Part shown: in pieces, positions 36,863 to 50,792 of the stretch
Position numbering within the stretch: position 1 is the first letter of the stretch
How the letters are laid out: the number at the start of each line of letters is the position of its first letter
Source of the DNA: Ramazzottius varieornatus
Taxonomy: Eukaryota; Animalia; Tardigrada
Length of the DNA stretch: 64,000 nucleotides
Assembly (NCBI GenBank): GCA_001949185.1
Contig: BDGG01000014.1
Span: 527,378-591,377 of the forward strand
Direction: 5' to 3'
Made by a program: the position numbers and the translations under genes
Notes under the pieces: generated by a model
Database searches by the model: none
What the model saw: only the letters and a program-made list of their open reading frames with translations
What the model was told of the DNA's origin: nothing

Positions 36863-39752
36863 CATGGACCAGCAAGGAACACACACATCATGTGATATTC
36901 TCCCTACATTCTTTCAGCATACCAAGTCAAGGTGACCATCATGTCGTCGAAAGTTTCGACCATTGGGCGGGGAAACTTCTCGGTGGTTTTCGTCGATCAT
37001 AACGGCGTCGAGGCTACGCCTTACGTCATCGCGTAAGCTTGAACTGCTCACATCTTTCCAACTCTTTGGCCTTAGCTTTAGCTGGCCGTGATGGAGATGG
37101 ACTTTACACTGCTGTAGGCACGACGGAAGACTGCCGGCTGGCAAACAAGCCTTCCTGCTGGTCCGCTCACCGGTGATGCCCTCTTCCATCCGCAAAATCA
37201 AAATCCTCTACCATCGCTTATGCCAACCCGATGTGTGCTACGCGGATACCCTCAACATCAAGTCGGTGGCTGTCGCCACAATCAGCAACGACGTTGTGTA
37301 AGTCTTCACTCAATATCATACGTACGATGGGAAAATATAGGACAATCAGAAAGTTATGGGACAGACCTGTTCGCTATGGCGGAACGGAAGCACGGACGTT
37401 CACGCTTGATTTACTCTCATACACTTTTCGACGCTGCTCTACGCTGGATTTTCCATTTTGCCGTCTTTTCCGCCTGTCCCATAATTTTTAACTGTTCAAT
37501 AATCACCTATCGTGCGTATATTGTGAATACCACCATCAGAATACAAGTTTAAACGTTTTTTGTCTGCTTGGCAGAAAAAGTTCCTGCGCTGAATGGGACC
37601 TAACCTCTGACGTGTGGCACACCTTGGATTTGCGGGACACCACCTGCAAGAAACCTAGGTTGAGTTTGTTTGGCTGAGGCCCGTCCCACTGAATTCGTGT
37701 CGTGTTCCTCGATGTGCAGTGTTCCTAACCCCCAATTTTATTCCTTGCAACCCCGCTGACAAACAACGGGCCACTGGCCAGTGCTTGATTGCTTGGTTTG
37801 CTTCCAGCTCCAATAACAGTAAATGGTTCCTTGTAGTGCATGGTCTGATTTGGTGGATATGTTCGGCGATATATACAAGGGCGTGGGCGGCGTGGGAGGC
37901 CTCGCTCACATTTTCCAAGCAGACTGGAGATAAACTCAGCGCCTCGATTCCCCCCACCATTCTCCACCTTCACCTTTTTCCTCTTCCTACAGTATTCGAT
38001 CTACCATGAAACTCGACTTGCCATTTTCTCACAAAGATTATTTCGCCGCTTTTCCTGCACCATGTGATGGTGTAACAGTGCCACCTGCAATTACGTAGAC
38101 TAGTACAGAACGTCTTAGTGCTTTCACAAACTTCTTCATTCATATTAATAATATTGATCAAGCCGAACGCTGGCTCTGGTACAACAATATCACACAGTTG
38201 GCTACTGAAAGTGATGGAGAAGTGAAGTCCCCCATTAGGTCAGTTTACAGAGGCTTCATTTGTAATCATACGCCAATCACATTTGTTTCCGGTTGGTCGT
38301 CCGGATGGGCTTGATGAATAGTAAACATCTTCCATGAGACTGCGCATGAACCTTCCGGCACGAACCTCGTTGTCCCAAAAGCTCATGCGTGTACCTGGAG
38401 AACGTTATTTTCTGCCTCGTACGGTCTACCGCTTCGATGACCATAGTCAAGATATAATCCGGAAAGGTTTTACGAGCTCTTGGCGACGGTGCGTAGAAGT
38501 GTTGTTTTGCTGGATTGAAGATTGGTAATGCCGAAGGCGTGACGACTTTGGCCAGCTCAATGACTGCCACCAGTATTATGGTTGATCAATTCACGCGTGT
38601 ACCACCCTATTGAGTCTCAGACGTCAATTGTCTGTCAATTATGGGGGACATTCAGTTGGCGATCAATGACTCTGTTTTATGAAAGATTCAAAATGAATGT
38701 AATCGAACTTCGGGCTTGTTTCATCCAATGGTGAAAACTATGCCGAAGCAAAGAGTTGTCCACTTGTTATTAGGTGCAACCTAATGAAACGTTTCTCCGC
38801 TCTCGTCCGAATCGATCCATTGGATGTTTTTTTGCCAAAAAGGTTCCTTGAGAGTTGCTGGGCAAACGAGGTTTCCTTGTACACTTGGGACATGTTTTAT
38901 GCAAAAGGTGCCGAATAATGGATGCTTTGAAGTGGACGATTATTTCTGCGAACACAAGTACCGTCAGTGTTGATTATGGAACGAGGCGCTTTTGGATCAG
39001 TATGCACACAAGGGAAAATCAATTTGCCTCCAGCGCAATCTTCATTTCTGACTCGAAAGATGCCTTGCCTTATTTCCACCATAACCCATCGTCCCGCTCA
39101 GAAAGCCCACGTCGGGAGGAACCTATCGGGTGGGGAGGGATAATAGGTTGGCACACAAGAAGTGGTCTCCTGGGTGGATGGCGTCGTTGAGAGAACAACG
39201 AAGCACTCAAGGACCAATGTAATCCCAATATTTACACGTTACCAGACGCTTTTACACTTCCATATTATCCCTTTGCTGTTTTTCCCTCTCACGTCAACAT
39301 ACTTACGTCCCCTGACGAAATGGTCAATAACTGGGCTGACAGTACACTTGAAAGGCAGGATAATTTTGTCCAGTATCGACCGGTCGACACAGCACAAAGG
39401 CCAGTTAAATATTTCAACAGAGATATGGGCATGTGGAGATGGGTGCAAGTCAAACGCTACTGGGAGTACGCTGGCAACAGTGTGGGCGTAGTCGAGAGTG
39501 TACCAAGAGTCCCTGTTGCCCCGCCAAATGGGCAAACAGTCCATGTCACGCTTGTTGCACTGCCCGCCAGCGATGGGCATCATTTACTCGATCCGCCAAG
39601 CAGTTGCCCATCTTGTAAGGCCTCATTGCTTCTTTGCGGTTGCCTATTAGCGCTCACGCTGCCACACATCATTTCCCCAACCGACTTCCCCAGCGTTTTC
39701 CTGCTTCCCCCAACAGCTTCTCCCAAGGAGGAATTTAGCCGACTGCATAAAC

Positions 39753-40659
39753 ATGCCCGTCTCCGATTTCCAGAAGAAAAAGCTGCTGCATTTGTTCCAC
39801 ACCTTCTTCGGTAAGAGCTGCAAACTTGATCCTCCAGTTGATCAGATGCAATCTAGTTAAAGTCTGGATGTCGTGATACCAGGTTGGCTGTCTGACCTAT
39901 GGGTTATTTCTTGTTGCAGACACGAACAAGAATGGGACGATCGACAAGAAAGATTTCGATATGGCACTGGAACGGGTCACCGCCATGCGCAAGATGACCT
40001 CCGGCGATGCCAAGCACAAAGAGGTGCAGGAGAACCTGGCCTATGTCTGGGAGCATCTGAAGCAGGTGGCCGACCGCGACAACGACGGCACCGTCTCCGA
40101 GCAGGAGTGGCTGAAAATGTGGGAAGAGGCCACCGGTTCCCAGAAGCAGCCGCCCTGGGTGCACCGTTACCAGAGCTTCTTGTTCGAGGCGGAGGACGTC
40201 AGTGGAGACGGAAAGATCGATGAAACGGAATACGTCCAAGCTTACACGCAGTTTGGCTTATCGGCTGATGAATGCAGGAACGCCTTCAAAAAGCTTACTG
40301 CTGTACGTAACAAAGCCCCAACTCTCTTATCAGATATCGTGATGGCATGGCTGACCTTTTCTCTTTTCAGAGCGGTGAGAAGGAGATCGACAAGAAGCTT
40401 TTCGAACAGCGTTTCAACGAGTTTGTCATGTAAGTAAACGTATTGGCAATAGCGCCACCGTATCGTAAAGGTAAGCCTGATGGCAAGTGTCGGTCGTTGA
40501 CGAGGTGATGGAAAAATACGCTTATTTTTGAAGCCGCATACTCTTATGTACCTAAGCGGAAGTGACTGATGAGGTGATTTGATCCCTGGCTGCGTATGTT
40601 TCAGGTCAACAGATCCGTCCGCAGCGGGAAACTATCTCTTCGGCAAAGCAGCCTACTAG
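39753..40659 (+). CDS. Calexcitin / sarcoplasmic Ca-binding EF-hand protein (exons 39753-39810, 39920-40302, 40371-40429, 40605-40659)
   Basis: MPVSDFQKKKLLHLFHTFFD|TNKNGTIDKKDF; EF loops DRDNDGTVSEQE and DVSGDGKIDETE; C-terminus STDPSAAGNYLFGK. Confidence 0.92.
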
Positions 40660-41769
40660 CAGTCGGGTTGATAGTACGCCATTGAACGTCTAGGCATTTG
40701 AATGTTTAATCAATAATCGACGTGGTGTTGAACGGAACTGTTTCGCAGTAATTTTGTCACAAGTCTCGTTAGTGTAGCCATTCAAGATTGACTAACCATT
40801 TACCCATTTCTTTGACATCGACGATGCGGTGAGTTTAATTTTGTGTCAACAGTATTGGTTCTGCATGTTGATTTAGTCTTACTTGGTTGATTACTACAAT
40901 GAAGGAAGTGCGTGGCTTGTCGTCGTCAAGTTTGCTAAAAAGTAATACAGTTGTGGACACAATACTACACTTACGGCCACCATATGCATACACAACAAAT
41001 CAATCAACTTTGACTAGACGAAGTCCTTTCTTTTTATACCGCCAGTCATCGGTGGGCAACTTCCAGTCATAACTCTTGCGAGATCTTGGTAGCCAACTAT
41101 GCGATGGAGTTTAGCACAGTCCAGAACGACGTGGTTTGGCAGAGCGTGGGCAACTTGGGGATGATGTAAGACGCGCTACAGTACTTCGACTTGGCTTCAA
41201 GGAAAATCTGGCATGTCATGAGAGTCCCAGGTAAGCCAAACAGCAACTGAAAAGCGAAAAGTCAGAAAGCTGCGGAGATCAGTTAGAATATAGGCGATTC
41301 TTGTCAATAGCTTGGGGCTAGACTACTGCACTTGTACAACGAGTTCTCACCTTAGTACCTCACTAGCAATGCCCAAGCAGAGCGACCAATGCCCAGTGTG
41401 AATCATGTCTGGACAACTCTTTGAGTACTGTTTTTGAGATCTTTGCACAGACCTCAGTATAAAGGTTTGGATTGATCTAGTTGACCGCCATATCTTTACA
41501 CGTCTAGCATGGGTGCAAGCTACGTCGACGTCTGTAAGGAAATGCCTCGCGTATTCATTTACTTCTACCCTGACGTGCGTAGCTGTGACACTTTTGTTAC
41601 GTGACGCGCTCGGGCCATCAGGGATAAATTCTTCCGCAGTCCAGTACGTGAAAACCAGAGTGTTGAATACCTTGTCTGCAACCGATCCACGTGTTTCCGC
41701 CGTCCATACGTCGACTTTTGCCACCGTACTTTTGCCGAACGAGAACAAGCTGTTCTTTAATCTGTCGGC

Positions 41770-42560
41770 ATAGTATCCAGTTTACATCATCAACCAGCCA
41801 ACCTTGTGTTCTGCGCCGAGTGTCACCCGGACGTTGAGAAACGTTTCTACCCTTATGTGTATGTTCACACGAAACCCAACCATTTTCTACGACGTGCTTT
41901 CCCTCGAAAAACATGGCTTGTACAGTCCGCATAACATCACTATGCAAGATGTGTTCATTACCGGCAAGCCCAAAGACTCGCTGATTTTGACGATGTTGCA
42001 AAAAAGAGAGCCATAAGCACCATGATCTGATTGTGGGGGACTTTGTCGACGTGTATCAAAATCTGACTCTCACGGAAGCTAGTGCCATCCAATGGATACA
42101 TGCTCACTGTTCATCTCCGAGCTTTTTTGTCAAGCTTGACGATGACGTACTTGTCAAACCTTGGTTGTTCGCAGAAGGTCTAAGAAACCTCACGGAGTTC
42201 ATAAACAAAGATTCGATAAGCATGGGTAAATCAGCCTACCATCTTCATCTGATAGAGGAAGATTTTGCCTGGGCAAAGCAAAAAAAGCAGGCTGATCGAC
42301 TGAATGCGGAGCTCGCAACAGCGCAGTGACGATGCTTTTGGGATCGTTTCGATCCCATGGTGTTGCAGGTGTTAAAGTTTTGGGACCCCAAGGGCAAGAT
42401 ATCGAGGAACACGATGCTGAAATCCGTCTGGCCATCTGACCACTGGTCAAATGACTTCGTAGAAAAGTCTGAAGTAATCGAAGTTACGTCATACGGCCCG
42501 ACTTTGCGTCTGCATCTGTTCTGACAATGAACCCCCTTGTGGGGGTGCTTCAGCCACTAA
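41770..42560 (+). pseudogene. Beta-1,3-galactosyltransferase (GT31)-like remnant
   Basis: ES..HHDLIVGDFVDVYQNLT, WIHAHC, FFVKLDDDVLV motifs; frameshift in A-run near 42000-42005 and stops on both sides. Confidence 0.7.
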
Positions 42561-43868
42561 TCACCCCTGGATTTTTCGGTATAATCTTCTCAAACGGGGG
42601 AAAGATTTCGCGAAACTTTTATCCGTGGCGAAGCTAGCACTCGGTGCCCCTTGACAATACTTACGATTTCATGTCAAAAAAGTGTGGTTGGGAGCTAAAA
42701 ATTTTACCCCGTAAACTGGACTAACGATACCCACTTGTTTGATTTTTTTCTGATGTTTCTTTCGGTCACTTTGTTACGCAAAATCATCTGAATTTAGGCT
42801 AGTTGTTTCCACGTCAGTGCTGTCAGGAATTGTGGCCTGCGCCCGATAAAATATCCGTTCACTCAGCAGTCTGGGGTTTTAATATCAAAAACCTGGCGCT
42901 GCAGTTGGGTGACCGGATTCAGCTGACAGTGAACATGGTATCCTGGTGTCAACAGTCCAGTTTCTCAACTGAAGAAGTTGTTTTGCCGTTTACTGAATAT
43001 TTCTTGTGCGTCGGTGGGAGAAGGATTGTTCGTTTACTGATAGACTGCATTGGAGTGGATACCTAAGAAGTCAACAGTATCAAGCCATTGTGTCAGCGTT
43101 GTCACGCTGCTTTATTGTACTTTCAGTCCCTATGAACATCATATTTGGTAAGCGACATTCTTCAGTGTGTAATCACAGTGTAGAAAATGCGTTTTTAGTT
43201 GTATGCACGTGGTTTTACTTTATCAAGCATTGGTAACCGACGTCACGTGCACACGAGTACGGATGCATTTTCTGCACTGTAGTCCAGTTCGGCATTTCTC
43301 AGTCAAAACAAGGTTTGATTTTTAAGCTGCCACTTTCTGTCCTGCTACAAATAAACCACTCGAAGTCAAACAGGCCTTGTCCGTTCCCCAGTACTGACCT
43401 CTTGGAGTGGCCGAAGCGGGGGCCTGAGGTCATCGCACAGTGTGCAGACTACGGTGAGGTGGTCTGAAAGTTCCCTTATGCAGCAGACATCCATGGTTGC
43501 GCCCGACTGAAATGCGGCGTCTTTCCTCCGTCTTAAGCCGGCAAGTTGATTGACTTGGATGTGCACTTGTTTTATCGAGTTGATTGCGTCCTGATTTGTG
43601 TTTCGGACGGACTGGCTCACACTTCTCCTTGAAGATACGGATGAGTGGTGAAGAGGCGCCATCTACACGAAATTTTCCAGACAAGTCTTGGTTCCAGGAA
43701 ATTGATCACCCGGCAACGCCCATGCACCCTGATATTAACCCAACAGCAGGATGTATGGAACATCCCAGTTCGGAAGCTTAATTGAGCCTGCCGTGCACAA
43801 CTGTACAAGGGCTAAGCGGCTAGTTTTCGGTCAGATCTGGCTGATGCCGACATGGTGCCTGCTGCGTA

Positions 43869-45140
43869 ATGTGGCAAGAAACCTCTGCCAGCTTAGCTTC
43901 TCTTCGAATGGCCATCCCATCGTCCGCACCAACCATCGACACCGCGGACACCATTTCCTTCTCCCTGGCCTTCACTACGCTCCACTTCCCCCCAACTAGC
44001 ACTCCTCCACTGGCTCGTTCCGGCCACCGCATCTGCATTGACAACGGTAACCTGTACTCTTTCGGTGGCTTCAACTCGACATGTCGCTCTACTAACAACG
44101 GACTGTTTCCGGAATTATGGAAGCTCAACTTGGCTACACAACGCTGGACACTACTTTCTTCCGGCAGCCCACTGGAAGCCGCTTCACATACCATGGTCCT
44201 CCAAGACAGCTGCCTCCTCATCTTTGGCGGCACCGGCTATCCGTGGGGACAACGCTTGAGCAACACCATCCACGTCTTCCACATACCTTCCGCTGCTTGG
44301 ACTGGACTGCAGTGCTTAGGGGACATTCCTACGCCGCGTTATGGCCACAGTATGAGCTTGACGTCTGACGGCATGTTCGTCCTTGGAGGGACCACAGGAA
44401 GTCAGTACAACATGCAGGTATACCGCCTTGATGTCACAGACTTGTTATGGCGCGACGTTACACCCCGGCTGTCTCTGACACCACACACTGACCTGACTGT
44501 GGTATCGCAGACGTTTCCCCCGCCACGTTATCGACATGAAGTTGTGGAATGGAATGACCATTTACTAATGTTTGGAGGCGGAGCCGGACCGCAAATCTTT
44601 GGTTTTGGTGAAATCTGGGCCTTCAGTATTAAACTGACCACCTGGACGAAAGTGAAGTGCCACCCGTGTGATCGATGCAAAAAGTATCCCATACCGAGGA
44701 AGTTTCACGCTGTAGTGCAGTACGGCAACTATGCCTACCTGTGCGGGGGATTAACTGCTACGAAAATTCTCGATGATTTTTGGAGGCTGCATTTGCCGAC
44801 GTTGCAGTGGAGGAGGATGGAAGACAGGTTGCCACAACCGCTGTATTTCCATGCCGCGGCAGTGACACCTGCAGGCTGCTTGTATGTTTTCGGCGGTGTG
44901 GTCAGGACTGGACAAGAGAAACGCACCAATGACGTGTGCAAAAAATGGCTGGTTGTGCCCAGTTTGCAGGAGATGGTGTGGGATGTTTTGGTTAAGAAGC
45001 ATTCAGAATCTTTCGCACATAGACATTTTTCACCTCTGTTGAAGAAAAGTGGCATGTGTTTGCCGCTGAAATTCCTGCAGAGAATAAACGTGCCTTCTAG
45101 CAGCACCAGCAAAAAAAGTTCAAGTCCAAAACCCGCGTGA
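43869..45140 (+). CDS. KLHDC10: Kelch domain-containing protein 10 homolog, single coding exon
   Basis: ARSGHRIC..NLYSFGG, LLIFGGTG.P.G, RYRHE, PLYFHAAAVTPAGCLYVFGGV, WLVVPSLQEM (BC-box-like). Confidence 0.88.
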   Translation: MWQETSASLASLRMAIPSSAPTIDTADTISFSLAFTTLHFPPTSTPPLARSGHRICIDNGNLYSFGGFNSTCRSTNNGLFPELWKLNLATQRWTLLSSGSPLEAASHTMVLQDSCLLIFGGTGYPWGQRLSNTIHVFHIPSAAWTGLQCLGDIPTPRYGHSMSLTSDGMFVLGGTTGSQYNMQVYRLDVTDLLWRDVTPRLSLTPHTDLTVVSQTFPPPRYRHEVVEWNDHLLMFGGGAGPQIFGFGEIWAFSIKLTTWTKVKCHPCDRCKKYPIPRKFHAVVQYGNYAYLCGGLTATKILDDFWRLHLPTLQWRRMEDRLPQPLYFHAAAVTPAGCLYVFGGVVRTGQEKRTNDVCKKWLVVPSLQEMVWDVLVKKHSESFAHRHFSPLLKKSGMCLPLKFLQRINVPSSSTSKKSSSPKPA

Positions 45141-45722
45141 TCTTCCCCTGTACCTTTTTGTTTAGTATTTTCCGGTCTTCTACGGTCCCACACTTGTGTT
45201 CCTTGTCGTATACAATTAAATTTTCCAGTCGACAGGGCAAACGAATTCCTTGTTAATTCTTCACTGAATATAGCCCGGTGTGCCAAAATGGACTATTTTA
45301 GAAACTTTAAGCACCATCAATATTGTGTAAGTGCTCGACAGTCCGTATTAAGCGAATGAAAGCTTCTTTGTCGTCGTAGCTCCACTCGTGACGATCAGAG
45401 ATTCTGAATTGGACATCTTGCTGTCTAGCCAAAGCAAAGTCTAACCTTATCGCATGTATCTGTACCTTGCTGTTAGGCCTGCAGCGAAAAGTGGTAGGCA
45501 GGAGCTCCGTTCTTCAAGCCCTGGGCGCTGTACTGAAGAAGTCTGTATGGCCGTCCGATTCGGTACTCACACCACGATGGTGCGATAAGTTTTCTTTTTG
45601 CACTTTGACTGGTAGTCTGTGTTTACACTTGTCTCTCACACTGAAGTCATATCATTATCAGGCAGAACCGATCAGCTGTTGCTACAGACGTGTTCGCTAC
45701 ATTATCCATATCCTTTCCCACC

Positions 45723-47235
45723 ATGAATCTGGCATCCAACATCGCCGATACTCTCTTGGGCCGGAACCCTGTCAGTACCGGTAGCCCACAACCACTACAA
45801 AGCACGACAAAGTTTATGCACGCTATCACCTGGCAAGCCAAGCATGACGTCAAGTATGAAATAGTGCCGCAGCCGCTGCTGACCCATCCCAACGACGCCA
45901 TCATCCGTGTGACGGCTCAAAGCATTTGCGGCAGCGATCTCCATCCTTACAATGGGGACATGCAAGGCTTCCGCAGCGGCACCATCCTCGGTCACGAATT
46001 CATGGGCCTGGTGGAGGAAGTGGGCGAGAACTGTCTTCTTCCCCTCGGCGCTCGCGTTATCGTCTCCTGTGTGATCGTTTGTGGACAGTGTGAGTTCTGC
46101 AAGGCCGGAAAGGTGTTCGCCTGTGAGACCACCAATGCTAGCAAAGTCAACGAGAAATTGTATGGACAACCGAGTCCGGGATTGTTTGGACTGGGACACT
46201 TGCTGGGCGATTACCCAGGTGGCATGGCGGAATTTGTCCGTGTGCCGCATGCTGATTATAATTGTTTGATGATCCCACCGTCGGTCCGCGATGACCAGGC
46301 TCTGTATATCACGGATGTGCTGCCGACGTCGCTCCATGGATGCCGAAATATCCAGGAAGGTGATACGGTGGCAATCTGGGGGATGGGACCCATCGGCCTG
46401 ATGTGCGCCAAATGGGCACAACTCAAGGGTGCCAAACGCATTATCGGAATTTCAGGTACGAGGTACCAATACTTATTCGGAAGTTAGGACTCCCAGTCGG
46501 TATTTTGTATTTTGGTATCTAAAATTTGGTTCTAATGTATTTGAGGTTGATTTTAAATAGAAATTTAGACTGCGGTTCTTCCGGCAACGATCTTGTACGT
46601 TTTGTTTGCACCTCCCAAACAGTACAGAAATTCTTGCATGTTTTTTTTCAGGGACCGAATATCGTCTGGCACATGCGCGCAAAACAATGGGTATCGAGAC
46701 TATCAATTACCACAACACGGACGTGGTGGACGAGCTGTACAAAATGGAGCCGAAGGGTGTCGACGTGGCTATTGATTGTACAGGTTTCCGCTTTGCCAAG
46801 AACCTTTCTCATCGCATTCAACGCGCCGTCGGGCTAGAAAGCGACACTCCAGAGACCATCTACGAGTGCGTCAAGGCCTTGAAGAAGTACGGCACCCTCA
46901 ACGTTATCGCCTCCTACACCGGCTTTGCCAATGCCTTCCCCATTGGCTTCTTCTTCATCAAGGAGCTAACATTGACGTCCGGTGGGGTTCCGGTCCAGAC
47001 TTTATGGAGGGAGTGTTTGGCCAGGATTGAAGATGGCTCGATCGATCCGCGGATGATCGTGACGCATTACATGAAGCTCAGCGAAGCGGCTGTTGGCTAC
47101 AAGGAGATGAACGACCATGAAGATGGGATGATCAAGTCCTTTATCCGTCCGGACTATATTGCCAATGCCGAGAGAGGACACGAAAATGGACGAGCTATTT
47201 TAGACTTACCTCCCGGAATTTCCAACATGGCTTGA
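45723..47235 (+). CDS. Zn-dependent MDR dehydrogenase, formaldehyde-dehydrogenase-like microbial subfamily (exons 45723-46455, 46652-47235)
   Basis: ICGSDLH, ILGHEFMG, structural Zn CGQCEFCKAG..AC, GGMAEFVRVP.AD, WGMGPIG Rossmann motif, GVDVAIDCTG..AK..HR..AVGLESDTPE insert. Confidence 0.9.
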
Positions 47236-47934
47236 GATTCAAGCCGGTTTCTCGAATATTCGCTGGAATGTGAGTATTCGTAGTTTTTATTTCGGGCAAT
47301 ACTTTTACATTCCGAGTGCCTTATTTTACTGACCACCTTTTCGTCTCACATTCATAGACTCATCAATACTCTAGTATTGTAAATTTGCTGGAGCATCCTA
47401 TTGGCGTGAAACCATGGCGTAATAAGCTTAATTGTCCGGGCTTACGACCAATAACACAATGCAAATGGGTAGTGGCGGTTCATTATCCGGAACATTCACT
47501 CAGAGAACCGCGCTGTTCGGGAATCGAGTCTCAAGTTCCTGGACCCCAAGGGCGAAGTAGAACCGACAGCGCTATCTGAAGATGGTCTGTCCAACGTATC
47601 ACAGCCAAGTATGACAGTGTTCACCTCAGTCCCATCAGTCCCACTTCCAGTCAGTATTCCCACCTCGAATGTGTGCTCGGATTCGGTCTTGAGGTCAAGA
47701 ATAGAGCGTTACATTTACGGCAAATAATTGCTCGATTGACAACAATCCAACTATCCCGAGGAACACAAAAAATAATGAACAAAGATAATTTCACACTGAA
47801 CTGAATTTGGCTGCGTAAGAGCGATGTGTGTGTGCCAGAGATTTCGTAGGTTTCATAAAAGTTACACATGTCCTTTGATCTGTCCTCATGCATCATGCTA
47901 TTCACAAGGTTGAAGAGTACCCCCGTCATTCGTA

Positions 47935-48929
47935 CTAAACTGCGGCTTGATCGGCCTTTATAACGCTCTCGTAACTAGGTGGCGCATCGAAATTCATGGT
48001 ATTGGGAATACTAGTTGCCGATGGTGATTGGGCTTGAGAGATATGGCACTGAACCGGGAGGTTCTGTGAATGGTTGTGGATAGGGATTGTTATCCATACT
48101 TCGGTGGCACTGATCTGGTGCAGACTGCAGGGACGCTGTGGCTCACTGGCGCTTTGCAGCGCGTTCTCTAAATTTTGAATGGCGCGCCGACGTCGTTCAC
48201 TGCCCGCATAGTCCTTCCTCATTTTCCTCGCAGCTTGCCATCTCTTGTAAAATACAGCCGACAAGAAAAGGCTGAGAAAGGGGACGATAATCAGCGATGA
48301 AACCGTAATTGGTTTCCAGGCCAGTCCCGAGCTGGGCAGACTGCCCATCCGTTGGCGATCTAGTGTGGCGCAACTGTGCGTTGTGATGACGGCATCTTGA
48401 GTAATATTGACGTAAACGAAGGCTGTCCCGAACAACTTGTACTGCAGACAGCCATAGACGAGACACAGGAAGAAACTGATGCTTTCCATTGCAAGCCAGC
48501 GTATTGTTCTGGCGGAAGACGGGGCGCTGAAGCTCCGCTCCACTTCCATGGCGTATAGCGCTTTGGTGTATTTCTTGTTAATGGCGCACAAGACCGCCCA
48601 GGAGAGAACCACGAGAGATGTGGCTGAAACCATGGCCAGCAGCGACCGTTGTACTCCATTCCACGTCGTGATGTATCCATCGTAATCTGTCAGGGGGAAC
48701 GAAGCAACTTTAGTCAAAAAGTACGGCTTGCAATGGTTGCGCTTGATGTCATTGTAGCTGTGTCGATGATTGCTCACTGCGCTGCTATTTACCGACCTGG
48801 GCATTTGATCCTTTCCAGCAAGCAGTATACACCCACACCACAGATTCCGCATAGTAAGACGATCCTCAAGACTGCCGCAGTTTGGAGAACCCGAAGCAGA
48901 ATCAAGTTACGGTGTTCCGAGTTACCCAT
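47935..48929 (-). CDS. 4-TM protein with C-terminal PPxY motif, paralog A (2 exons)
   Basis: Exon 1 MGNSEHR..LRIVLLCGICGVGVYCLLERIKCP, phase-1 intron, RWLAMESISFF..YG.LQ, tail APPSYESV. Confidence 0.75.
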
Positions 48930-50074
48930 CTTAGGGAAAAAACGCTTATTCAGTCAGACTAACCGAAAAGGTAACTTAGTTATCCATCGCAGAAATTAAG
49001 TCGAATACCATGCGAACGTTCAAGTTAGTGATGCCTATGGTTGAACATGCGACACTGTGAGGTATCTCTTGACGTCAGAAATCGCTGATGGACCACTGAA
49101 CGAGCTCACTGTCAATGGTTAAGAAAAATCGATAAACTAAACTGTGATGTTCTAATATGTGATTATGGTATTCAATATAATGAAAACAAACATCCGCCGT
49201 CCACCGAAGTCCTAATAACTTGCAATTACTATAGTAAAACCTCTGCCTGATTTAATACAATATTACTATAGTAGAACTCCTGTGGGTTTGGTATTAAGAT
49301 ATATTCTAATAACGGAGAACTCACCAGTAGATCTTAGCACACGGTATCAGAGGCATCTGGGTCAGCAGAAACCCTACTAAATATTTACTCAAAGAATCAA
49401 GAATGTTTAGAAAAACACTGTAGGTTTAAAACTGTTGGTTTTGCTCGCGGCGGCGGCCCGGGGCTCTCTAACAACCTAGAGGACAAATGAGATAGTTTGT
49501 CGTAAACAGTATCAATGCCTGTACTAAAGCTTGCAGCGTGCACCTGTACTCTGCGACATGCCGGTTTAGTGTGTCGCGCTATGTGTAGGTGCATGGTGTG
49601 CGCGTATGCATCTGCTTTAGCCCTTCCGTGCCGGTGTGGTAGTATCATCTGGATCTGGTGCACTTCGTGAGGCGTGGTCGTACTATAGCTATACGAAAAT
49701 GCAGTCCCACAGTCTCACAGTCTTTTCTGAAATGAGGCGGAGCGCACACTACGCACTGGAAGAAAGCGTGCGCGCACTATGGAAATCACGTGCTTGACGT
49801 CAGATGTGCTAGCCACTCAGAGCCAGACTGTGCAGCCGGCATAGTGCGCTGCCTTTCCCTATATCTATAGGTCGTCGCCGCATAACCATTGACCAGCGCA
49901 CACGCATTAGAATTTAGCAAATCAACCGGTTCTTCGAATCAGCGGTAGTGTTACGCGTACTAAAATATATTTTAATACAGGTGATAAACAGCTTAATACT
50001 AATAAAATATTGGACCCTAGTTTGAAACTACTAAAATGTTAATATCGGGTTTCGGTGTCCAGTTCTGTTTACTA

Positions 50075-50503
50075 TTCGCAGGGCGGCACGCTAACGGGTA
50101 CTGTTGCCGCCGAGGGAGGCTAAAAGGGAAGAAAACGGGAACTGGGGTGATGGCAGCGCGTATCTCAAGTTCCCAACCATTGAATTACCCCCTGTGACTC
50201 AGAATACAATGCTATAGCCTTATCTCCTTCACTTCTCCTCAGTCAAATCAGGCATATTCCATTCACAAGCTTACCTCCACTAATTTTGTACTTTGCCCTT
50301 CGTTAGGCATAAGTTCGGCGGAGGGGTTCAAACAGAAACTTACGAACAAAATCAGCTCCGCAACGACAGCTCGTGCCCAAAAATCCCATGTTAGACCACC
50401 TGAAGTGGTTTGACATGGGATAACATGGGGTATCAAGTCGCGTGCAAGGTTGTATTACTAAGCTCTGCGAGCACTACGTAATAGCCGCACACTGTATCGG
50501 CAG
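50075..50503 (-). mobile_element. Internally deleted copy of the repeat at 9885-10910
   Basis: Colinear high similarity to 9885-10070 then 10647-10903, lacking ~580 bp of the middle. Confidence 0.8.
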
Positions 50504-50792
50504 ATCAACACACATTCCTGATTTCCGTAGAAGTGTCTCTACTACTACCATTATACCGCATACTATGTATTCTTTAGAGCAAAAGACCTACATGGAACCG
50601 AAATCCGCCGGCGTCAACCTGCACATCCAGATGTGTGGCGTCTACTTCCCTCTGTCACTCATTTTATTTACCGTAACTAGGAGCTTTTTTATCTTTGCGG
50701 ACAAAACAAACATTGCAAATACCGGAGCCCAGCGTTGACAGATGATACCCTGTGTAACATATACGTTAAGCTAGAACGATACTTTTCGATTA

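Noticed and set aside
44735-46421. Minus-strand ORFs 44735-45286 and 45795-46421
   Set aside because: They are antisense to KLHDC10 and the dehydrogenase, with no recognisable domains.
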